Assembly: GCA_018985225.1 (NCBI GenBank)
Contig: JADGIF010000296.1
Location: 1-11,435, forward strand
Length of the DNA stretch: 11,435 nt
Direction of reading: 5' to 3'
Source of the DNA: Amoeboradix gromovi X-113
Lineage: Eukaryota; Fungi; Sanchytriomycota
Shown here: one piece after another, positions 7,443 through 11,435 of the stretch
How the letters are laid out: every line of letters starts with the position of its first letter
How positions within the stretch are numbered: the first letter of the stretch is position 1
Position numbers and translations under genes: made by a program
The notes under the pieces: model-generated
Told to the model about the DNA's origin: nothing
Database searches by the model: none
The model's input: the letters and a program-made list of their open reading frames with translations, nothing else

Positions 7443-9521
7443 CTACTTTCTTAGCAAGTCATTCGCTTCATTTATTTCTTTTTGATATCGCTTACAAATC
7501 TCCCTTCGCTGTAATTTCATCGCAGCAGTCAACATCCCATTTGCAGGTGTCCATTCTTCTTCGCTAATTACCACATTCCCTACCAACTGTGTCCCTTTCA
7601 GTTTGTATTCCTTTGCGGTAGTCAACAATGACTCCAACATCTGAATTCTTGTTAGTTGGCAGTTTAAACTGTTTACAACGATAATTGGCAACTTGCACTC
7701 TGAATGAGCTGTCACCATGACATTAACACAATGTTTGTTTTGTTTATAAACACTTTCTAATGCTTCTAATGCAATGTATTCACCATTACTCAACTTTACC
7801 AAATTCTTTTTCCTATCGATTATTTTAATAAGACCTGTTGATCCAGGTACCTCATTGTGCCTTTGTAACGCAGTGTCTTTTAAGGGCACTATCTCCCCAA
7901 TATCTCCAGTCTTCAGCCACCCATCCTCGAACGATTCTCGTGTTATTTTTGGTTGTTTGTAATACCCTTTGCAAATGGAAGGTCCTTTCAGCCAGATTTC
8001 ACCACGTGGTGGATTATCTGTGCTGCAGTAATCAATGTAATTTACCAACTTCAATTGCAAAGAAGGAACTACAACTCCAACCACTCCACTTTTAAATCCA
8101 ATTTGCGGCACCAGCAAACATCCCATACCCACTGTCTCAGTCATTCCAAATCCCACATAAATAGGGCACAGTACGTTAGTAAGAAACGTCTGAGTATCAG
8201 AGTTTAAAGGACTTCCACCACTCAGGGCAATTTTCAACTTTCCACCAGTTGCTGCCCTGATCTTTTTGAATGCAAAATCAGCTACATGAGCCATTGGCAG
8301 CCCTCTATCTATACTCCATTGCTTCATTTTATAAGCACCCCAAAATATCATTCTGATTGGCAACGAGGCACTTTCAATCTTTTTAAGAATACCTTTACGA
8401 ATCGTATCCCAGACTTGTGGAACCCCAACCATAACAGTGGGTCTTAGTTCCTTGATATCTCCGTTGCAATTCTTCGTAAACTGATCAGTCAGCGTACGTG
8501 TAGTGCCAAACCCAAGTTGGATTCCTAAATACAAACAGCAAGTCTCAACAGCCAACTCAAGAATATGAGCCAATGGTAAGTATGCTAAATAGACATCACC
8601 AGCACCAATATATCCACCCAGCATGTCCTGAGCACTTCCTATTGTAGCCATGATATTTGAATGAGTTATCTCGACCCCCTTTGGGGTCCCAGTGCTTCCA
8701 CTAGTATACATGATACATGCAGTATCGGTAGGCAAGGGAGCACGCAAGGGTATCTGCAATGGATCGCCATGGATAATAGCTTCTTCAATAGGGATGCAAT
8801 TTGCAAACTTCTCTAATTGCTCAACAAAAGTAGTGGTTTCAGCACTAGTAGTGTTAATGCCTTGCTTGTATATGATCGTTCTTACGTTTTGCTTTTTCGT
8901 ACTTTCTAAATGGGTTAAAACCTCTATTAAGACTGTGAATTGATCAGATGTGCAATAAATTAAAGAAGCAACAGTTTCTGTCAGTGAATACTCCAGTCCG
9001 TCAGCACCTAAAGTATCGTAGGCTGTGCAAATGACTATGTTTTGAGACCATGCCGCATGCGCGACTAATTGCCACTCAATTGAGGTAGAAGCAAAAATAC
9101 ACAAGACCTGTTTCTCAGCCAACAGATGCCCAAGGTACTTGCCAAGAGCTAGAGCACGATGGTAAAACAAAGACATTGTCATCCACTTGTAACCACTAAG
9201 CTGATAAAAAGTAAATGATTTCCCATCTCTTACCTCCTTGACAGTGTTGCTAAGAGACCTAAACCCAAACATGTTCGCATCTTTGTACTTTTGGTAAGCA
9301 TAGTTTAGCAGCTCAAGCATTGTCTTCGGCTCATTAGTTGATTCCAAGGAGTTCAAAATTTGATGAGGACCGCTGCGAAGACCGTTGAGAGACCAGATAG
9401 ACTGATATATAGTTTCATTAGAAGACTGATCCTTTCTTGTTATCATTAAGTTCTTTAATTTCTTTGGTTTCGCTAGCAAAATTGCAACGACTACAACAGC
9501 CAAAACACCGATTTCCCACAT
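7443..9521 (-). CDS. Long-chain fatty acyl-CoA synthetase (Faa1/Faa4/ACSL3-4-like), 692 aa, intronless
   Basis: AMP-binding motif IMYTSGSTGTPKGV, YLPLAHILEL, GFGMTET, the FACS motif DGWLKTGDIG...IIDRKKNLVKLSNGEYIALEALES, and WTPANGMLTAAMKLQR. N-terminal hydrophobic anchor. Confidence 0.96.
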   Translation of the reverse strand: MWEIGVLAVVVVAILLAKPKKLKNLMITRKDQSSNETIYQSIWSLNGLRSGPHQILNSLESTNEPKTMLELLNYAYQKYKDANMFGFRSLSNTVKEVRDGKSFTFYQLSGYKWMTMSLFYHRALALGKYLGHLLAEKQVLCIFASTSIEWQLVAHAAWSQNIVICTAYDTLGADGLEYSLTETVASLIYCTSDQFTVLIEVLTHLESTKKQNVRTIIYKQGINTTSAETTTFVEQLEKFANCIPIEEAIIHGDPLQIPLRAPLPTDTACIMYTSGSTGTPKGVEITHSNIMATIGSAQDMLGGYIGAGDVYLAYLPLAHILELAVETCCLYLGIQLGFGTTRTLTDQFTKNCNGDIKELRPTVMVGVPQVWDTIRKGILKKIESASLPIRMIFWGAYKMKQWSIDRGLPMAHVADFAFKKIRAATGGKLKIALSGGSPLNSDTQTFLTNVLCPIYVGFGMTETVGMGCLLVPQIGFKSGVVGVVVPSLQLKLVNYIDYCSTDNPPRGEIWLKGPSICKGYYKQPKITRESFEDGWLKTGDIGEIVPLKDTALQRHNEVPGSTGLIKIIDRKKNLVKLSNGEYIALEALESVYKQNKHCVNVMVTAHSECKLPIIVVNSLNCQLTRIQMLESLLTTAKEYKLKGTQLVGNVVISEEEWTPANGMLTAAMKLQRREICKRYQKEINEANDLLRK

Positions 9522-10388
9522 TGAGTTTCAAAAAAACATTAGCCATAAGAGATGTCATAAAACACTTGAATTCAAGAAACAAGAATTTCCAAAGAGAAAT
9601 TGAAGGGCAAGCCAATCCTTTACAGTAGCTAGTCATGGCCCAACACCCTTCAACAATTGAATAATAATTCGTGTTTTTCATTTTTTTTGTTTCATGATGC
9701 TATGCTATCTATAGCTATGCCCAAATTCCCATGTCTTTATCATTTTGGGCCTAAAGAAGCACTTAGATAATCCAATAGCTTGTCGTTCAAGATTCGCTTT
9801 TTGTCTATTTGATGAGACCAGAACATCAGATGATCATGAGGCAGATATGAGGTACCAAGCTTCTCTTAAATACCTTGTAAATTGTGTCATTCTTGGATCG
9901 GTTTGTGAGTATTGAAATGTATATTATCTATGCACTTTGATGTCTTTAGATTTGACATTTTCAGCATGAGAAGATTGGATCCATTTGCAATTGGTAATCT
10001 AGAGGAATATCAAATCTTCTGCAGCTAGAAGAATTTAAAATGAGGGTATATTGGTGGAATGTATATCATGTAATCGTGATATATGGTTTATTCAAGTAAA
10101 ATCCTTAACGGTAGCGGAGCTCACGCGGCCAAAGACGGTCTTTAAATGATATGCGGTTGTCTGTAATGTGTTATTGCCTGAGTACCGCATTCAGTGCTAC
10201 CTTGCCCAATATTACCCTAAACATCTCCACAATTTTTAGTATCTTATCTGCCTTGTGAGATTTATGCAATGCCATCGCTGACTTAAGTGGACCTTTGTTT
10301 TTTGCAAGAATAACTAACTTCCAGCTCGATTGAATTTTCTCAACAAGTAATTGTCTAGATTCTTAGTGTGTCCCGTTTGTTTTGTTCA

Positions 10389-11222
10389 ATGCAAAAGACA
10401 CCTGCATTACGTATTAAATGCTCTCCTTACCGGGAGCTAGTTGCTGCTGCCCATGGCGAGAATTTTGGAATCGCTGGGAAGGGTTATTGCACCGTTGGTG
10501 AGCGTACTCTAAATTTTAGCAACGTTTGCTCCGAGATTGAATGGAGTGAAGACGAAGAGAGATTATTTGTTTTTACTGGAAAAGGCAAGTTAGAAATATT
10601 TGATTCCAACCTAAATAAAATTGGAGAAGATAATATGAATGGGGAAGTAGTTAGTTGTCGTTGGAATTACATGCAAAAACAGCTTTTTGCAGTTTTGCTA
10701 AATGATAGCTGGATTATTGCAAATCCAAATGGATCTAAAGAAAGATATTTACTTCAGGGTGGTAATGAAATAGCATGGTCACCAAGAGACCCATATCAAC
10801 TCAGTATTTCACATATAAAGGGATTCAACATTTACGATATTAGGCAGCCTCAACCAGCAATGGCCATTGAATTTGATAAATGTATGGGAATTGATTACAA
10901 CAAATATCTTAATGAAATAGTCATTAGTACTGTCAATAAGCAAGTTTTAGTTTTTGATGAAAGACAGCAAAAAGTAAGATTAGCTCATCCATGCCATCAG
11001 TTGACGATTAAGAGTGTTAAGTGCTCGCCTTTTCATGCGGATAGGTTGGCATCTTGCTCATATGACTTGCACACCAAATACTGGTCGTACTCAGACCAAT
11101 TCAACTTGATCTGGGACAAAAAGGAACACAAAGAAATAATATCCGGTCTAGATTTCTCATTGTTCAACAACTTCTTATATGATTGTGGCTGGGATGGTAT
11201 AATTAGGAAATATGATGTATAG
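10389..11222 (+). CDS. PEX7: Peroxisomal targeting signal 2 receptor (WD40), divergent, 277 aa from the first ATG
   Basis: The N-terminal SPY...AAAHGENFGIAGKG and C-terminal HQLTIKSVKCSPFHADRLASCSYDLHTKYW and EHKEIISGLDFSL...DCGWDG match characteristic Pex7 segments. The ORF track starts at GTG 10368; the first ATG is at 10389. Confidence 0.88.
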   Translation: MQKTPALRIKCSPYRELVAAAHGENFGIAGKGYCTVGERTLNFSNVCSEIEWSEDEERLFVFTGKGKLEIFDSNLNKIGEDNMNGEVVSCRWNYMQKQLFAVLLNDSWIIANPNGSKERYLLQGGNEIAWSPRDPYQLSISHIKGFNIYDIRQPQPAMAIEFDKCMGIDYNKYLNEIVISTVNKQVLVFDERQQKVRLAHPCHQLTIKSVKCSPFHADRLASCSYDLHTKYWSYSDQFNLIWDKKEHKEIISGLDFSLFNNFLYDCGWDGIIRKYDV

Positions 11223-11229
11223 TATTGTG

Positions 11230-11235
11230 AATAAA
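11230..11235 (+). terminator. Putative polyadenylation signal of PEX7
   Basis: AATAAA begins 8 nt after the stop codon. Confidence 0.5.
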
Positions 11236-11240
11236 ATTTA

Positions 11241-11435
11241 TTACTCAGAATTCAGGATAAAACTTACATTTGCTTTCTGGCTAGTGTTTTTGTCATGTAT
11301 TCTTTGACTCTCTCTTCGTCTGGTTTTATTCTTCAATGATTCATTATGCGCTACGAGAATATGGGACACCAAATATAAAAACTAGACTAACTCGTTTTTA
11401 TAGGAGGTGCTCCATACGGAGGATATGCTGTCATT
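11241..11435 (-). other. Possible 3' end of a gene or pseudogene entering from the right edge, convergent with PEX7
   Basis: The minus frame NDSISSVWSTSYKNELV*FLYLVSHILVAHNESLKNKTRRRESQRIHDKNTSQKANVSFILNSE* has one internal TAG and ends in TAA-TAA overlapping a minus-strand AATAAA (11237-11242). No homology recognised. Confidence 0.3.
11359..11392 (-). repeat. 34-nt repeat copy B (inverted relative to 103-136)
   Basis: 31/34 identity to 103-136 on the opposite strand. Confidence 0.85.

Noticed and set aside
1541-9681. Short antisense or overlapping ORFs (1541-1735, 2805-2999, 3394-3600, 5977-6276, 6457-6666, 6719-6928, 6982-7320, 7774-8207, 8692-8943, 9418-9681, 9437-9628)
   Set aside because: They shadow well-supported genes and carry no recognisable motifs.
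5912-11222. Functional gene cluster (acyl-CoA synthetase, PEX7, citrate synthase, phosphate transporter)
   Set aside because: A loose lipid/peroxisome theme only; no shared regulatory motif seen and no synteny evidence available.
1-11435. tRNA, rRNA, CRISPR array, telomeric or tandem repeats
   Set aside because: None seen by eye. The only rRNA-related match is the 11-nt snoRNA guide.

Overview
Compact, AT-rich eukaryotic nuclear DNA using the standard genetic code. The genes look fungal or early-diverging holomycotan; citrate synthase and PEX7 argue against a canonical microsporidian (inference). There are five intact genes: eEF1B-gamma (+, 2 exons), mitochondrial-type citrate synthase (+, 2 exons), a PiT/Pho89 phosphate transporter (+), a long-chain acyl-CoA synthetase (-) and PEX7 (+). 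Features not visible in the ORF track: (1) a 19-nt GT-AG intron needed to restore the citrate synthase active-site region; (2) an 85-nt eEF1B-gamma intron filled by a miniature snR38/SNORD1-type C/D snoRNA; (3) a fused branch point/3' splice motif TATTAACRTAG shared by both introns; (4) a frameshifted remnant of the C-terminus of a Fanzor/TnpB RNA-guided nuclease at about 3710-3924; (5) AATAAA 4-11 nt after four of the five stop codons, the exception being eEF1B-gamma, which lies 39 nt upstream of and in frame with citrate synthase; (6) a 34-nt inverted repeat pair near the window ends and a hairpin-rich intergenic stretch. All calls come from manual reading; no searches were run.
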